Notes: generated by a model from the letters alone, not told the origin. DNA of 64,000 bases from a virus (IMGVR_UViG_3300043754_000129:96001-160000); one strand, 5' to 3'. Shown: positions 43,901 through 52,873, numbered from the stretch's first letter. Made by a program: numbers and translations.

Positions 43901-45552
43901 TGTCGGCTTGGAAGATCAAGTCGAGCCCGTGGCCGAAGTATCACCTGAATACGGATCCGGATTCGGTGAGCGCAATCCTTGCCTTCATCAAGGAGAAAGC
44001 CAAGACGAAGAAGTTGTCGGATGGCGTAACCAAGAAGAAGGAAGGTGACGGCGGGAAGGGTTGGACGGATATCTTCTCGGGTAAGTCTCTCAAGGAAAAG
44101 GTCGATCAGATCAAGGACTGGGGGAAGAAGACCTGGGATAAGGTTGAGTCGGGTGTGAGCCATGCGTGGTCTGCTACGAAGGATGCGGCAGGCAAGGCGT
44201 GGACCGCGGCGAAGAACACCAAGGTGGGGAAGGCGATCACCGGGGTGGCAGACCGCGTGGGTGACTCCATGAAGGGCTTTGGCGCGTCACTGGGTAAGGG
44301 TTATAAGGCTGTCGTAGGCGATGCGAAGAAGGTGAAGGATGCAGCGCTTGCAGCACTCAAGGGTGCCGGCATTACGAACCCCACGGAAGTGGCGATGTTC
44401 ATGGCGCAAATGGACACGGAGTCGGGTGGTTTCAAATCCCTCTCCGAGAACCTGAAGTACAGTGCTGCGACACTGATGAAGCTCTTTGGTAAGAAGCTGT
44501 CGGGTGGGATGCAACAAGCCCAGCAGATTGCAAGCCAAGGCGCCGAAGCAGTGGCGAACTTCATCTACGGTAACCGCATGGGTAACAGCGCACCGGACGA
44601 TGGGTTCAAGTACCGTGGCCGCGGGATCATCCAGTTGACGGGTAAGGATAACTACACGAAGTACGGGAAGATGTTGGGTCTCGACCTTGTGAACAATCCG
44701 GACCTGGCAGCAGATCCGAAGGTAGCAGCGCAGATCGCAGTGGCGTACTGGAAGACGCGGGTTTCGAGCTCGGCCGCACAAGCAGGTAATGTGCAACAGG
44801 TCACGCAAGAAATCAACGGCGGACAGAACGGCTTGGCATCGCGCCAGCAGAACTTCCAGAAGTACATGCAAGAAGCGAAGTCTGGTCAACTCCAGCCTTC
44901 GGACGCAAGCCCTGATGACAAGAAAGCGCAGCAGACTGCGGCGTCAGGTGCAGGCGGTTCAGGTGTGGGTGCTGCCACGCCGAGTAAGGCGACAGCCGGT
45001 GCATTGCCTACGGGTGGTGCCAACTCGGTGGTAGCAGGTGCTACGGCTCCGGCTAGCGGTAAGGATTCGAGCGCACCAACCGTCGCGTCGATGGGGTCAG
45101 CCCAACCGACTCCAAGTGTCACGAGCACGGCGTCGTCGATCAACAAGGTCTCGACGTCGGATGTGGCTGCGGCAGCATCGCAGCCGAGTGGTGGTGGAGC
45201 CAGCCCGTTTGGCTTTAACATGGCTTCGGCCAAGAGCACCACGCCTCCTGCCAAGAACATCCTGGCAGTGCAACAGGCACAGCACGAGGAAAAGATGAAC
45301 GCGATGGGCAACCATAGCGATCTCATGCAGCAGTCGCTGGACGTTCAAACGGACGCCCGTGACATCCTCAAGACGATCCTCTCGACCGTTCAAGAACTCC
45401 AGAAGAAAGGAGGGGACGGTAGCGATGGGTCGACGCCTTCGAGTAACGGGGCAGGTGGCAATCAGGTATCAGCAGGCGCGCCGAAGTCTTCGCTTCGTGG
45501 ACAGCGCCAGCCGATGCCGACGCCACCCGTGTCGATGCTCAACGAGGTTTAA
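37912..45552 (+). CDS. Tape-measure / tail-associated muramidase protein (gp181-like) with a GH19 domain
   Basis: 2546 aa, G/A/K-rich repeats and hydrophobic stretches; FMAQMDTESGG...YRGRGIIQLTGKDNY...INGGQNG near the C-terminus. Confidence 0.88.
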   Translation: MAKELKFKDDNDIGFDSDLKIPSFSMREGKVGKDRNPVLKGIKDAGEGVVTGIWDAATSESFIKKVLKQALPDGYGAAIDTFDLAGQNLKKLYDSSEKQFKPLTNDIKRTVARLLPQQNKVMPKSLYDGLKRWSDSAEGSSTGMSQSQMRENNLTGTLGEVFKYQIETDAKNRAEDQARANIKEQIDTNRASFNMEALNSIKFSLQRLVDYQDKVTINYQRRSLELQYRQYFVQLDAFQHQRETSMQTRQLLEGIQKNTGLPDIRKIQGLGDYKDLIRNKFFNNIGGMMFGERSMFMQRIVENIQKALAENVTGFINTARTSIAGANEMAEFAKSSGDMGGPSGANLAGNMAGDLVFSNLGEKLGYKAYQHIQKMPQAKHINKLGKWLDYHFGNGPQHLTELAHSKKGDDLPMGLGWMVQFAKQMVHQSNVVDTGLRQDDIRNLQEPAVFNGMARKSLTEIIPGYLARIYQELQIIRTGDAKTDLMLFDPTSNRFKSAKETSLGIHKLLFKKEEMAANKKNQDDLITELQKKSGIEITPEMRKDVIGHLMNLNFQNRLGTPKNLADRYAYMGVKGVSNPGAMADMFAKYFGSKPTQDQLAKFQRMMNGLSYGMTDNRGTVQGLLNMGYGSNLEAMGMLTPKGNFNLDQFGKYYQGTTFDPQGMYAQGALNTHLGRGKTKVTINRNNSTTHNTSNTTNNSTVNNNIENVVHNIATEIAARLHQEFTVQPPSAPSSIPPVAAAVHAIRRKKFQTSALARQPKASEHITTLTGRQIHKDHNDAYVAAQARVHRLANSGFGRAALKKRYPDWMPGLEQFPHAAVDDEFHKATGLDHQSAMHPKGFVASAFGAGAVPRGDTIGMSRLEQAIKAASSKSVAEQILEELKKLSSGIKSGKGVQVFQINGEDVGDLLQRSARRGTNFMDQSLRNFGTDMVNNTVNVGKWILGRPAAMGRMAMGAWKGTKGLRDNIKLFGKKTGEAALKVASRWDDVYLPGVDEPVLEAWKLRAGYYINEKGDAIRSWKDINGTIRDTSENSEVRLSGSQIDRAYIRSQVGPKMLKALGSVWSFGWKNLMRMKRGIFSVVPMAVTMAKKGWNLTKNLLDQPQDIYVKGKSDPVMNARTMRAGLYRSARDLNKVIHRPGDIDGPVIDTSVNPPVIALTREDLQNGIYDAMGKPIKTPMQKILGAAMAPLRWLKNTTKFGFEFAMGLLKKPFQYIGQFFTNWFGPDGLVIAGSKTIITRLTEIRDVLKDRLPNPKKIRRGSWEDLESKAKKTVGAGSKASGPNVDKGFLGKAEGVAGNMATGLLEKLGLIKKQKKPGEKSWWDKTVDWGKDKVEEGVKGWAWEKGAEKAKDVGGRVKDSVWNRIKNRGKAAAGDVVEGVEHGGKKGFFRGALHGAKDLVFGPSGASGIAGKVGDTSSSIYKAVREGVADGMQDANGGGIGDAIKNKLEDKMLDKFGKFRKAGKLARQARTAGKVVRTARAVGTAAEVAEAGLGAAEVAGGVAGGAGLATGAGGLLAEMGLTAAAAGAGIGGTLLTGVTLAAGVAASLGTAALGILASPVVITAGLIAGGMYLANKAHNGLKSFMLHRKLGKLGFMRMAQYGFTEDDTDHIRTILEFEQTLMEHVTYDAGGRAQLDHKKLNFKEALEPFGIDAKNQDDLKSWLVWFAQRFRPVFLNSLNALRQVDKKKKLIDVDDLKKEDKAEYFKTASFAGGPYRINLSPFHRSKFLFIHFGSDKLQAGPKEVAAAVAAAHKEVGDPDPKKLAEKQKKLAAAGVTATASAINKKDGKKEEPHSFLGKIGAKVGSGLAMIGGAMLGGGLAAMAGKWLKNEWGKISNNADTKGMSFGDKLAVFLSPSLHHLMTGTKLHPFQALRYQAYGLHDYDQDKVAALAALEGHLGTRLKFSGEGDKSKVEFVGDPMDVLMHFGASFDPSNVSEKGNSNAHEWLEWFIRRFLPVYLTYRGSFMKIAGFVNSVGGEPNDAQAAQLAPLVNAAKGQDGVSAWKIKSSPWPKYHLNTDPDSVSAILAFIKEKAKTKKLSDGVTKKKEGDGGKGWTDIFSGKSLKEKVDQIKDWGKKTWDKVESGVSHAWSATKDAAGKAWTAAKNTKVGKAITGVADRVGDSMKGFGASLGKGYKAVVGDAKKVKDAALAALKGAGITNPTEVAMFMAQMDTESGGFKSLSENLKYSAATLMKLFGKKLSGGMQQAQQIASQGAEAVANFIYGNRMGNSAPDDGFKYRGRGIIQLTGKDNYTKYGKMLGLDLVNNPDLAADPKVAAQIAVAYWKTRVSSSAAQAGNVQQVTQEINGGQNGLASRQQNFQKYMQEAKSGQLQPSDASPDDKKAQQTAASGAGGSGVGAATPSKATAGALPTGGANSVVAGATAPASGKDSSAPTVASMGSAQPTPSVTSTASSINKVSTSDVAAAASQPSGGGASPFGFNMASAKSTTPPAKNILAVQQAQHEEKMNAMGNHSDLMQQSLDVQTDARDILKTILSTVQELQKKGGDGSDGSTPSSNGAGGNQVSAGAPKSSLRGQRQPMPTPPVSMLNEV

Positions 45553-45564
45553 TGTTGTAGTTCG

Positions 45565-45607
45565 GGCAAGTGGGGGCCTACGGGTTCCTCACTTGCCTTT
45601 TTATTTT
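45565..45607 (+). terminator. Rho-independent terminator
   Basis: GGCAAGTG...CACTTGCC followed by TTTTTATTTT. Confidence 0.75.
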
Positions 45608-45630
45608 GCGTGAGACAAGGAGTCTGTGCA

Positions 45631-47823
45631 ATGAGCACACCGGCTACCGGTAACTTAACGAATAACCCGAACTTGACACCGTCCTGGGTCAAGCAGTCGT
45701 TCCTGTTGCATTCGAAAGATCTCGCAGCCATCGATCAACAGAATCGTTTCTTCACGAGCGCGTCGCTCAAGTACACGGATACCACACCGGGTGGTAACCA
45801 CTGCATTAACCCGCCGCCCCAGTTCACGCGCTTTGCCGACCCGAAAGCGGGTTCGCGTTTTGCGGGCAGCAAGGGTCTGGGTATCTATTACTCGGAAGCC
45901 ATCGACGACAACTCGCAGCTCATCCACATGAGCTTTGGAGTGCCGCAGTTCAACTCGATGACGCAGTTCTTCACGAACTTCTACAACACGGGTGCCGCCA
46001 CCCTCGCTCGAACCGGTCGTGATCCGAACGGGATTATGTACATGATCGGGCGCGCAGCGTTTGCGGTGGTGGCAGTCGCCTTCTGGCCTCTGGCCGCGAT
46101 TCACATCGCCGGTATGGCGTTGCGCTTCCTGAGTGAGAAGCCCTCGACGAAGTACTACTACCTCAAGCGCACGATGCCGGTGTACTGGCAGGTGGTGACC
46201 ACGATCGTCAACCAGATCGCCGTCAACAAGGGGATCATCCAACGTCAGATCTCCCAACCGGTCGCAACGGGCGTGGACCCGATCAACGCAGCAACGGGTG
46301 GCGATCCGAACTACAACGACGGTGCGGATCTTGCCAACGGCTACCAGTTCGACGCCAAGGGTATTCAGGCGATGAACAACCTGGCCATGCAGATGCAGCT
46401 GCCGGACATCTTCATGCCGGGTGGCGGTATCGACGTGTTCGCGATGGCGAATCGCGCCAAGCGGCTGGAGCAGCAACAGATCAAGCAGTACTACCAAGCG
46501 TTGAATGACACGCAGGGTAACCTCGATCTGGGTGCCAAGATTCAGCAGATCTTCAGCCCGAGCAACATGCTTCAGGATACGACCAAGATTAACTTCTTGC
46601 AGTATCTGGACAAGTGGCGTCAGACGCCCGCTGGTGTGGCAGCCTCCAACGAGACGGCCATTGCAGGTGACGCGAACAACGACAGCACCACGGAAGGCAT
46701 TGACCCGAGCCAAGCCAATGCAACGCAACTCGGTAACTTCTTCCAGGCGGAAATGGATGACGGTAGCGCGTACGTGACGTTCCGCGTGAATGCTACCGGT
46801 GCCGTGACCGATAGCTTCCAGAACTCGGCCGCGGACTCCGAACTCGCCAACCAGATTAACAGCATGTCGAGCCAGTCGCGCTCCACGCGCTTCGACCTGG
46901 AAGACGGGGACATCTCGGACTCGGGTATCGCCAAGGTCGCCGGTCACCTGGCTAAGGGTCTGTCGGACATCGTGTCGGGCTTTGCTGCTGGTTTCGGTCT
47001 GTCGGGTATTGCAGCGCTCGGTGGTTCCGCTTTCGTGGATATCCCCAAGCACTGGCAGTCGGCTACGGCCAACCTGTCGCGCTCGACGTACACCATGAAT
47101 TTGGTGTGTCCGTACGGCAATCCGATCTCGCAGCTGATCAACCTCTACATCCCGGTGGCGATGCTGGTCGCAGGCACGTTGCCGCTCGCTACGGGCCAAC
47201 AGTCGTACACCTCGCCGTTCATCTGCGAACTGTACGACCGGGGCCGCTGCCAGATTCGTCTGGGTATGATCGACAGCCTCCAGATCACACGCGGCACGAG
47301 CAATCTGCCGTTTGACCGCGAAGGCAATGCATTGGCGATTGACGTGACGTTCACGGTGCTCGATCTCTCGAACCTCGTGTACCTGCCGATCTCCCAAGGC
47401 ATGACGAGCGCAGCTTCGTCGCTCTTGGCGTCCATTGGCATGACGGGTGGTGTCGTCGCAGGTGTGGCGAACTACGTGTCGGGCAATGAAGGCAGCCTCG
47501 CGAGCAACATCAGCGATCAAGCGGCTTCCAGTGGTGCAGCTGCTGCGGACGTTGGTGCAGTCCCGGATGGTATTGCGAATCTGGTGACGTCGCTGAACGG
47601 TCTGTTCGACGGTGACAATCCGTTCTCGGACTACATGGCAGTCTTGGGTGGTCTGGGTCTGGCCGATCAGATCTACGTGCTGCGTCGCTTTAAGCTGAAC
47701 CTGACCATGCAGATGCAGCAGTGGCGTAGCTGGCGCTCGCCGTCGCGTTACGCGAGCATGATGGGTGACGTGTTGCCTGCCCGCCTGATCAAGGGCTTCT
47801 TCGCAGGTGTCGATAACAACTAA
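45631..47823 (+). CDS. Tail/baseplate hub-associated protein (gp182-like)
   Basis: AAGGAG RBS; follows the tape measure; INPPPQFTR and PYGNP motifs. Confidence 0.72.
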   Translation: MSTPATGNLTNNPNLTPSWVKQSFLLHSKDLAAIDQQNRFFTSASLKYTDTTPGGNHCINPPPQFTRFADPKAGSRFAGSKGLGIYYSEAIDDNSQLIHMSFGVPQFNSMTQFFTNFYNTGAATLARTGRDPNGIMYMIGRAAFAVVAVAFWPLAAIHIAGMALRFLSEKPSTKYYYLKRTMPVYWQVVTTIVNQIAVNKGIIQRQISQPVATGVDPINAATGGDPNYNDGADLANGYQFDAKGIQAMNNLAMQMQLPDIFMPGGGIDVFAMANRAKRLEQQQIKQYYQALNDTQGNLDLGAKIQQIFSPSNMLQDTTKINFLQYLDKWRQTPAGVAASNETAIAGDANNDSTTEGIDPSQANATQLGNFFQAEMDDGSAYVTFRVNATGAVTDSFQNSAADSELANQINSMSSQSRSTRFDLEDGDISDSGIAKVAGHLAKGLSDIVSGFAAGFGLSGIAALGGSAFVDIPKHWQSATANLSRSTYTMNLVCPYGNPISQLINLYIPVAMLVAGTLPLATGQQSYTSPFICELYDRGRCQIRLGMIDSLQITRGTSNLPFDREGNALAIDVTFTVLDLSNLVYLPISQGMTSAASSLLASIGMTGGVVAGVANYVSGNEGSLASNISDQAASSGAAAADVGAVPDGIANLVTSLNGLFDGDNPFSDYMAVLGGLGLADQIYVLRRFKLNLTMQMQQWRSWRSPSRYASMMGDVLPARLIKGFFAGVDNN

Positions 47824-47834
47824 AAAAAGAAGAC

Positions 47835-47870
47835 GGCATAAAGGCCCGGCGTAATGCCGGGCTTCTATGC
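47835..47870. terminator. CATA...TATG-footed hairpin between convergent genes
   Basis: GGCATAAAGGCCCGGC-GTAAT-GCCGGGCTTCTATGC with an upstream A-tract. Confidence 0.7.
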
Positions 47871-47873
47871 TGC

Positions 47874-49394
47874 TTAGTGCACAACCTGCAAGGTGTTGGG
47901 GTCGACTGGCTGATAGAAGTTCTTGCCGTCGCTGTACTCCACCCCGTAGCCCCAGTTGATGGCCGTACTCGTGGCTTCCACACCCGAGTTCGTTTCCGTC
48001 ACGAGATATGTTTCCGTGCCACCAAAGCCGTTGGGCTTGGTCATGTACGTCTTGCCACCCACGGTCTTATAGGTAGCGGGATTCGGCGTTTCCGACACCG
48101 GATCGTTCTTCGCCGGTGGATCCCACACCATCATGCCGTCGTTGTAGCCATTATCCAGATTGGCTTGGTGCTCCGCCGAGGTCTCAAAGCCACTGGGCAT
48201 GCTGGTGCTGCTGGGCGTCTGTTGGATCGCCGTGGCACTGGTGGCAGCACTCACGACCGACGAGGTATCCGTTTGCAGCTGTGTTGGCTGAACCGGCGTG
48301 GCGGTCGAGCGCAATGCAGGATCGATGTACGTGTTCGGGTACATGTCCTTCAACTGTTGATCCGGGTCAACCGAATCGTAGACCGGCCCCAGTGCATAGA
48401 AGGGCGTGGTCGTATCTGTCGGCGGTTGCGAAGGATCGGTTTGAGCCGAAGCAAACACACCGGCCGTCAGTGCGCTATTGAAATCGTCCGTCCCACTTTG
48501 CAGCGAGGTCAGATCAATCGTGGAGTCGCCCACATAACGCGACACGTTGTTCCAGCCCGGGTTGGCGGCATCGTAGCAATCGATGATCGATTGGTAGTTA
48601 TCCGCATCGCTCGACGGCAGCGCCTGCTGCGCATTACCCGACGCCGACCGACTGTAGTTCTGCGTGATTGACAAACAGATCGACGGATTGATCGCGCGCA
48701 GATTCCCGGTTGCCACAGCCCCGGCGATCGCACTGAGACTGTTGATGTCACTCACCGACACCAGACCCGGCATCGTCTGTTGCACAATCCCGTTCAGGAT
48801 GTACGGGCTCGTGATCCCCTTGACCATCGCATTGAAGGCGCCCGAGACGCCATAACGCGAGGCTTGGTTGATGACACCTGCCGCCATGCTGATGAGTGCC
48901 TGGTTGTCCACCATCATGAACTCAGCGGAGCCCGCAAAGCCATTGATCAGCGAACCCAAAGCTTGGATGTCGTTGACTGCGCCATTGGCAATCGTGGAGA
49001 CCACACCACCCACCGTGGCGGTCACATCCCCCAGAATCTGCCCACCGGCAGCGATCGCACTCTGAACACCGTCAGAGAGGCTATTAAACAGCCCGCCAAG
49101 GCTCGTGCCGTTCGCGGCTGCTACCAAGGTATTACTTGCTGTCAGAATCCGTGCAATCGCGTTTGCGGGGTTCATAAGCAGTCGACCGTTGGCGATCCCT
49201 TCCACCACCGGCAGCACCTGGGCGGCTGCGGCACCGGCACGCAACATCCCAATCAAATCGACGTCGTACTGCGAGGCCAGCGAAGAGATCGAATTAACGA
49301 TACCAGACGAAGTACCACTGAACACGTCAATGGTAATCAGCGCATCATTCGGGCCCGTGACAAAACTTGGTTTCGCTAATACATTCGACCCCAT
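47874..49394 (-). CDS. Probable virion structural protein with a T/S/P-rich C-terminal extension
   Basis: 506 aa; LAKPSFVTGPND start; composition like the other outer virion proteins. Confidence 0.6.
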   Translation of the reverse strand: MGSNVLAKPSFVTGPNDALITIDVFSGTSSGIVNSISSLASQYDVDLIGMLRAGAAAAQVLPVVEGIANGRLLMNPANAIARILTASNTLVAAANGTSLGGLFNSLSDGVQSAIAAGGQILGDVTATVGGVVSTIANGAVNDIQALGSLINGFAGSAEFMMVDNQALISMAAGVINQASRYGVSGAFNAMVKGITSPYILNGIVQQTMPGLVSVSDINSLSAIAGAVATGNLRAINPSICLSITQNYSRSASGNAQQALPSSDADNYQSIIDCYDAANPGWNNVSRYVGDSTIDLTSLQSGTDDFNSALTAGVFASAQTDPSQPPTDTTTPFYALGPVYDSVDPDQQLKDMYPNTYIDPALRSTATPVQPTQLQTDTSSVVSAATSATAIQQTPSSTSMPSGFETSAEHQANLDNGYNDGMMVWDPPAKNDPVSETPNPATYKTVGGKTYMTKPNGFGGTETYLVTETNSGVEATSTAINWGYGVEYSDGKNFYQPVDPNTLQVVH

Positions 49395-49410
49395 TGTTCA
49401 TCCTTGAGAC

Positions 49411-49440
49411 AAAAAAAAAGAGAGGGCGACTGCCCTCTCG
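49411..49440 (-). terminator. Rho-independent terminator
   Basis: GAGAGGGC-GACT-GCCCTCTC next to a 9-nt A-tract. Confidence 0.75.
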
Positions 49441-49456
49441 ATTTTGCGGTTGTGGT

Positions 49457-50017
49457 TTAGCGCGGACGGAACCACTCTTCTGCGCGTTGCGTGAAGTCCA
49501 CGATAGGTTGGGCTTCCACACGCTGGCCTGCCTTCAAGGCACGACGAATTTCTTCGAAGATGGAGCACAACCACGGCGCGTGCTGCGGCGTGATACGAAT
49601 CTGCTCCGGACCATACAGGTAGTAGTACTCGAACGGCAGCGTCGAGGCAATCATCAATTCCTTCAGACCGTGCGTCTGCTCGATCTTGTGGAAGTTCGCT
49701 TCCTTGATGATGTTGATGAAGTTCGGACGCTTCACCGTGCGCTTGGTCTTCGCGTAGGCTTTCGCCTTGCCACCCGTCATCGACCGGAATGCATCGTCCG
49801 GGTCTTCCGACTTGATGTAGTGCCAGAAGCCTTCCATCGTCTTGAAGTGGCCGTAGATCGGATGGATGAACGGCGTGAACGCGAAGTGCGTCAGTTGTCG
49901 ACCAAGCTCGGTTGCCCCCGTCGAGGAGATGTTGATGTGCGTCTTGCCGTCTTCATCCGGATTCGCCGGAGCGCGAGGAGTCAGGAGGGCCGGGAGTTTC
50001 TCGATAGTGCTGGTCAT
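49457..50017 (-). CDS. NADAR-fold protein (YbiA / T4 gp30.3-like)
   Basis: INISS...LTHFAFTPF...TMEGFWHYIK; HKIEQTHGLKELMIAST and SIFEEIRRAL align by eye with YbiA segments. Confidence 0.6.
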   Translation of the reverse strand: MTSTIEKLPALLTPRAPANPDEDGKTHINISSTGATELGRQLTHFAFTPFIHPIYGHFKTMEGFWHYIKSEDPDDAFRSMTGGKAKAYAKTKRTVKRPNFINIIKEANFHKIEQTHGLKELMIASTLPFEYYYLYGPEQIRITPQHAPWLCSIFEEIRRALKAGQRVEAQPIVDFTQRAEEWFRPR

Positions 50018-50022
50018 AATTG

Positions 50023-50733
50023 CTAAACCTGTTGTTGTGTGTCGGCCAGGTACTGATCGTAGACGCGCTTCCCTAAGTAGCTGCCTGCGAAATCTTCCGT
50101 CCCGGCCTCAAAACCCCGGGAAGGCTGTCCCTCCTCCCAGGGTGGTGCTTTGGTGGTTGTTTCAAGTTCAAACGGTTCCGAATACGGATTGCACAACTCG
50201 TAGATGAGACCACGAACATGCGAGTCGTCTTCCAGCTCCGTGTAGACCGGCGTCTCCAAGGGAGCCGCTGCCGCGAGTTGGGCGAGGGCTGCCAGCTGAA
50301 GCATGCTCGGCTCTTGACGGATCTCCTGAATGAAGTTCGGCTTCACAGGCGCAGGCGCCGGCGTACCAAAGTTCACAGGCGTGCTGTGGACGCTACGCTT
50401 GCCACTGAGATAGTTGCACTCAATAGCAATCGTCATATCAGACACACCCAAAAAGCGCTGTGCCTTCATGAAGACTTTCCATGTCATCTGCGGTCGTGCC
50501 AATTCCTTGACGAGGTTCCCACGCGCACTTTGCTGATCACGCTTATTAGCAGGATAGCCGTTACGGGGATCGGTCACGAACGTGTACATCAAATCGTTCC
50601 AGCGCTGGATATTAATTCCCAGATCTTTGAGTTGTTGGCGCCAGAGACGAGAAAGCACTCCGCCTGCCCCGCTAGTGCCAGAGGCACCTTTGTCGGCTTG
50701 GCTGAGCAAACGCATAACCTGATTGCGTGCCAT
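50023..50733 (-). CDS. Conserved phiKZ-like hypothetical protein
   Basis: AAGGAA RBS; RGNLVKELARPQMTWKVF. Confidence 0.7.
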   Translation of the reverse strand: MARNQVMRLLSQADKGASGTSGAGGVLSRLWRQQLKDLGINIQRWNDLMYTFVTDPRNGYPANKRDQQSARGNLVKELARPQMTWKVFMKAQRFLGVSDMTIAIECNYLSGKRSVHSTPVNFGTPAPAPVKPNFIQEIRQEPSMLQLAALAQLAAAAPLETPVYTELEDDSHVRGLIYELCNPYSEPFELETTTKAPPWEEGQPSRGFEAGTEDFAGSYLGKRVYDQYLADTQQQV

Positions 50734-50774
50734 GATTCGTTTCCTTGGTTTTCACTTGTTTCATTGGTTATAAC

Positions 50775-51305
50775 CTAGGCCTGCGGGGACAGGTCCAGGC
50801 TGACTGCAATCAACGATTGCAAGATGCTCTCGAGGCTAAAGACAAACCGCGTGAGCATACGACGATTGTGTTCTTGCACACCGAACTTTGCATGTTCGAT
50901 TTGTTGAAGCTGTGCGGCAAACACAAGCGCATCGTTCTTGAAAGCTTGCACCGATTCAAACACATCGATGTAAAAGCCATCGGCCGAGGTGAGGAAGTCC
51001 GCAATCGCCATGATGCGACTGTCGCGACCGGCCCACTCGTGGGTGATCATCTGCTCGTTCATGATGCGGGTTCCCACCAGCTTCATTTCCTTGCAGTAGG
51101 CGTCGATGCACGGGAAGAGTGCGGTGATCTCGATTCCCATGACCGCGTCTTTCTTGTAGTGACGGAAGGCTTCGGGCTCCAGGGTGCGTGCCAGCACTTC
51201 GAGGCGGCTGCGCTCCATGTTCTCGTCAATGCGCTTCATCACTGCTTCTTTGATCTTATCCCGGGTGTGGATGCCACTGAATACCCGGCTGATCCATGCT
51301 CTCAT
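50775..51305 (-). CDS. Hypothetical protein
   Basis: AAGGAG RBS before MRAWISR. Confidence 0.7.
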   Translation of the reverse strand: MRAWISRVFSGIHTRDKIKEAVMKRIDENMERSRLEVLARTLEPEAFRHYKKDAVMGIEITALFPCIDAYCKEMKLVGTRIMNEQMITHEWAGRDSRIMAIADFLTSADGFYIDVFESVQAFKNDALVFAAQLQQIEHAKFGVQEHNRRMLTRFVFSLESILQSLIAVSLDLSPQA

Positions 51306-51374
51306 AAACCACTCCTTCGTTTCGTTGGTTATCATTCGTTATCGAGAAGGCCATTTTTATTGGGCTCTCAAGAA

Positions 51375-51386
51375 CATGATATGTCA
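51375..51386 (+). promoter_or_regulatory. Candidate late promoter (TATG core)
   Basis: CATGATATGTCA, identical to 21135-21146, upstream of a + gene in a divergent gap. Confidence 0.45.
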
Positions 51387-51416
51387 CTCAAAATATCTAC
51401 TTTCCGGAGGGTCCCC

Positions 51417-51920
51417 ATGGACGAGTATGATAACTTCCCGCCTATCGAGCCACCCAAGGGTGGTAGCGTCCTTCGTAACGACGGCAATCCCCCTCAAAAT
51501 ATTGAGGTGCAAGTCATCGAGAAGGAAGATGATGTTCTTCTCTTTACCCAGAAAGCACGACAGCAAATCGTCAAGTCGCTCATGGGCAAGGATCTCAACG
51601 ATCTGAATTCGGCACAGATCAGTCTTCTCGCTGGTATGCTCGACGGCATGGATCGCTCGGCGCTGGGCCGCAAGCGTCTGCAAACCGATGAGAAGATGGG
51701 CGCGAATAATGCAGTCGCCGCTGCGCTTATCGCCAAGGTGCTCGCAACGCCGGGTGCATTGACGGCAGGTCAAGTCGATGTGGCAGTAACGCCGCGCAAG
51801 GCCATTCCCATGTTGCCGGATGTGGGTGAACCCGCAACTGTTCCGGGTGAAATGGAATCCGATGCGCGGCAAATGAACTACGACACCTTCATGACCCAGA
51901 CGTCCGGTGAGAGCGTCTGA
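51417..51920 (+). CDS. Hypothetical protein
   Basis: GGAGG RBS before MDEYDNF; 167 aa. Confidence 0.72.
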   Translation: MDEYDNFPPIEPPKGGSVLRNDGNPPQNIEVQVIEKEDDVLLFTQKARQQIVKSLMGKDLNDLNSAQISLLAGMLDGMDRSALGRKRLQTDEKMGANNAVAAALIAKVLATPGALTAGQVDVAVTPRKAIPMLPDVGEPATVPGEMESDARQMNYDTFMTQTSGESV

Positions 51921-52013
51921 GTCATTGCCAACACGTAGCGCACTCAATGCAATTTACTCCCTGCCCTTCTAGCCTGCCCACGGATATGGGTTTGGCTAGA
52001 GGGGGTGGGCGTT

Positions 52014-52775
52014 TTATGCCGTCGCTGTGTTGGTGGTGCTTGTGGGTACTGCTTGCGAGTCGAAGTGGGGAGGTGCCACAACGCTGAAATACTTAACGTC
52101 AACGAGGTCTAAGCCAATGAATTGTCCTGCAACCATCATGGTCGCTTGGAACGGGTGTGCAGCTTCACGGATCATCTCCTCAAGAGACTTTTCATCCGGT
52201 TTCTCGTTGAAGTACAGGGCGGGCGCGATGAGGTGAACCTCAGTGCAACGAATCGTGTCCAACGCCTTGGTGTGGTGTTTCCACCACGCGCCATAGTCGT
52301 ACATGACCATAGCAGCAAACTTCTCTTTCACGAACATCGGGCTCAGATGTTCCGGCGGGATATTAATCAGCTCCACGGGGACGAATCCACCGCACCATGC
52401 CGATATCGCTTGCCGTATTTCCGAGAGCACCGACTCGTTGAGTCGATACGGATATACGTTCACCGCAATCTTGACCCCGTCGTACTCGGGTCGCGCGACT
52501 GCGAACTCGCTCAGAAGCTGCGTGAGATTCTGAAGGCGAGGCACGAAAGCCGTAATGGCCGAGTATTGCAGAGTTTCCTCATCCCGGTCATTGTACATCT
52601 GCTTGAACTGCTCAGGGTCTACGCCCGCGAACTTGTCTTCGTCACGCTGAATGTAATCAGGTGAGAACACTTTGTCCGCCAGCTCGGCGCCCATTTTCCG
52701 GATTGTGCCAAGACGGGTATCGAGCAGGGCATCCAGCTCGAAGTAAACCGTCTCGATGATAGCACTGGTAGACAT
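52014..52775 (-). CDS. Conserved hypothetical protein with a degenerate HAD-like N-terminus
   Basis: VYFELDALLDTRLGT. Confidence 0.6.
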   Translation of the reverse strand: MSTSAIIETVYFELDALLDTRLGTIRKMGAELADKVFSPDYIQRDEDKFAGVDPEQFKQMYNDRDEETLQYSAITAFVPRLQNLTQLLSEFAVARPEYDGVKIAVNVYPYRLNESVLSEIRQAISAWCGGFVPVELINIPPEHLSPMFVKEKFAAMVMYDYGAWWKHHTKALDTIRCTEVHLIAPALYFNEKPDEKSLEEMIREAAHPFQATMMVAGQFIGLDLVDVKYFSVVAPPHFDSQAVPTSTTNTATA

Positions 52776-52873
52776 TGTTAGAGTTTGTTAAGTCTGTCGA
52801 CTCGGGGCCGAAGCCCCGGAGGCCTTTCTTACTGCTACTGCTGTGAGTCCCCTACTACAACAACAACGAAAGA

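Noticed and set aside
50745-51920. 391-aa + strand ORF
   Set aside because: The N-terminal part is antisense to a real gene; only 51417-51920 has an RBS and plausible sequence.
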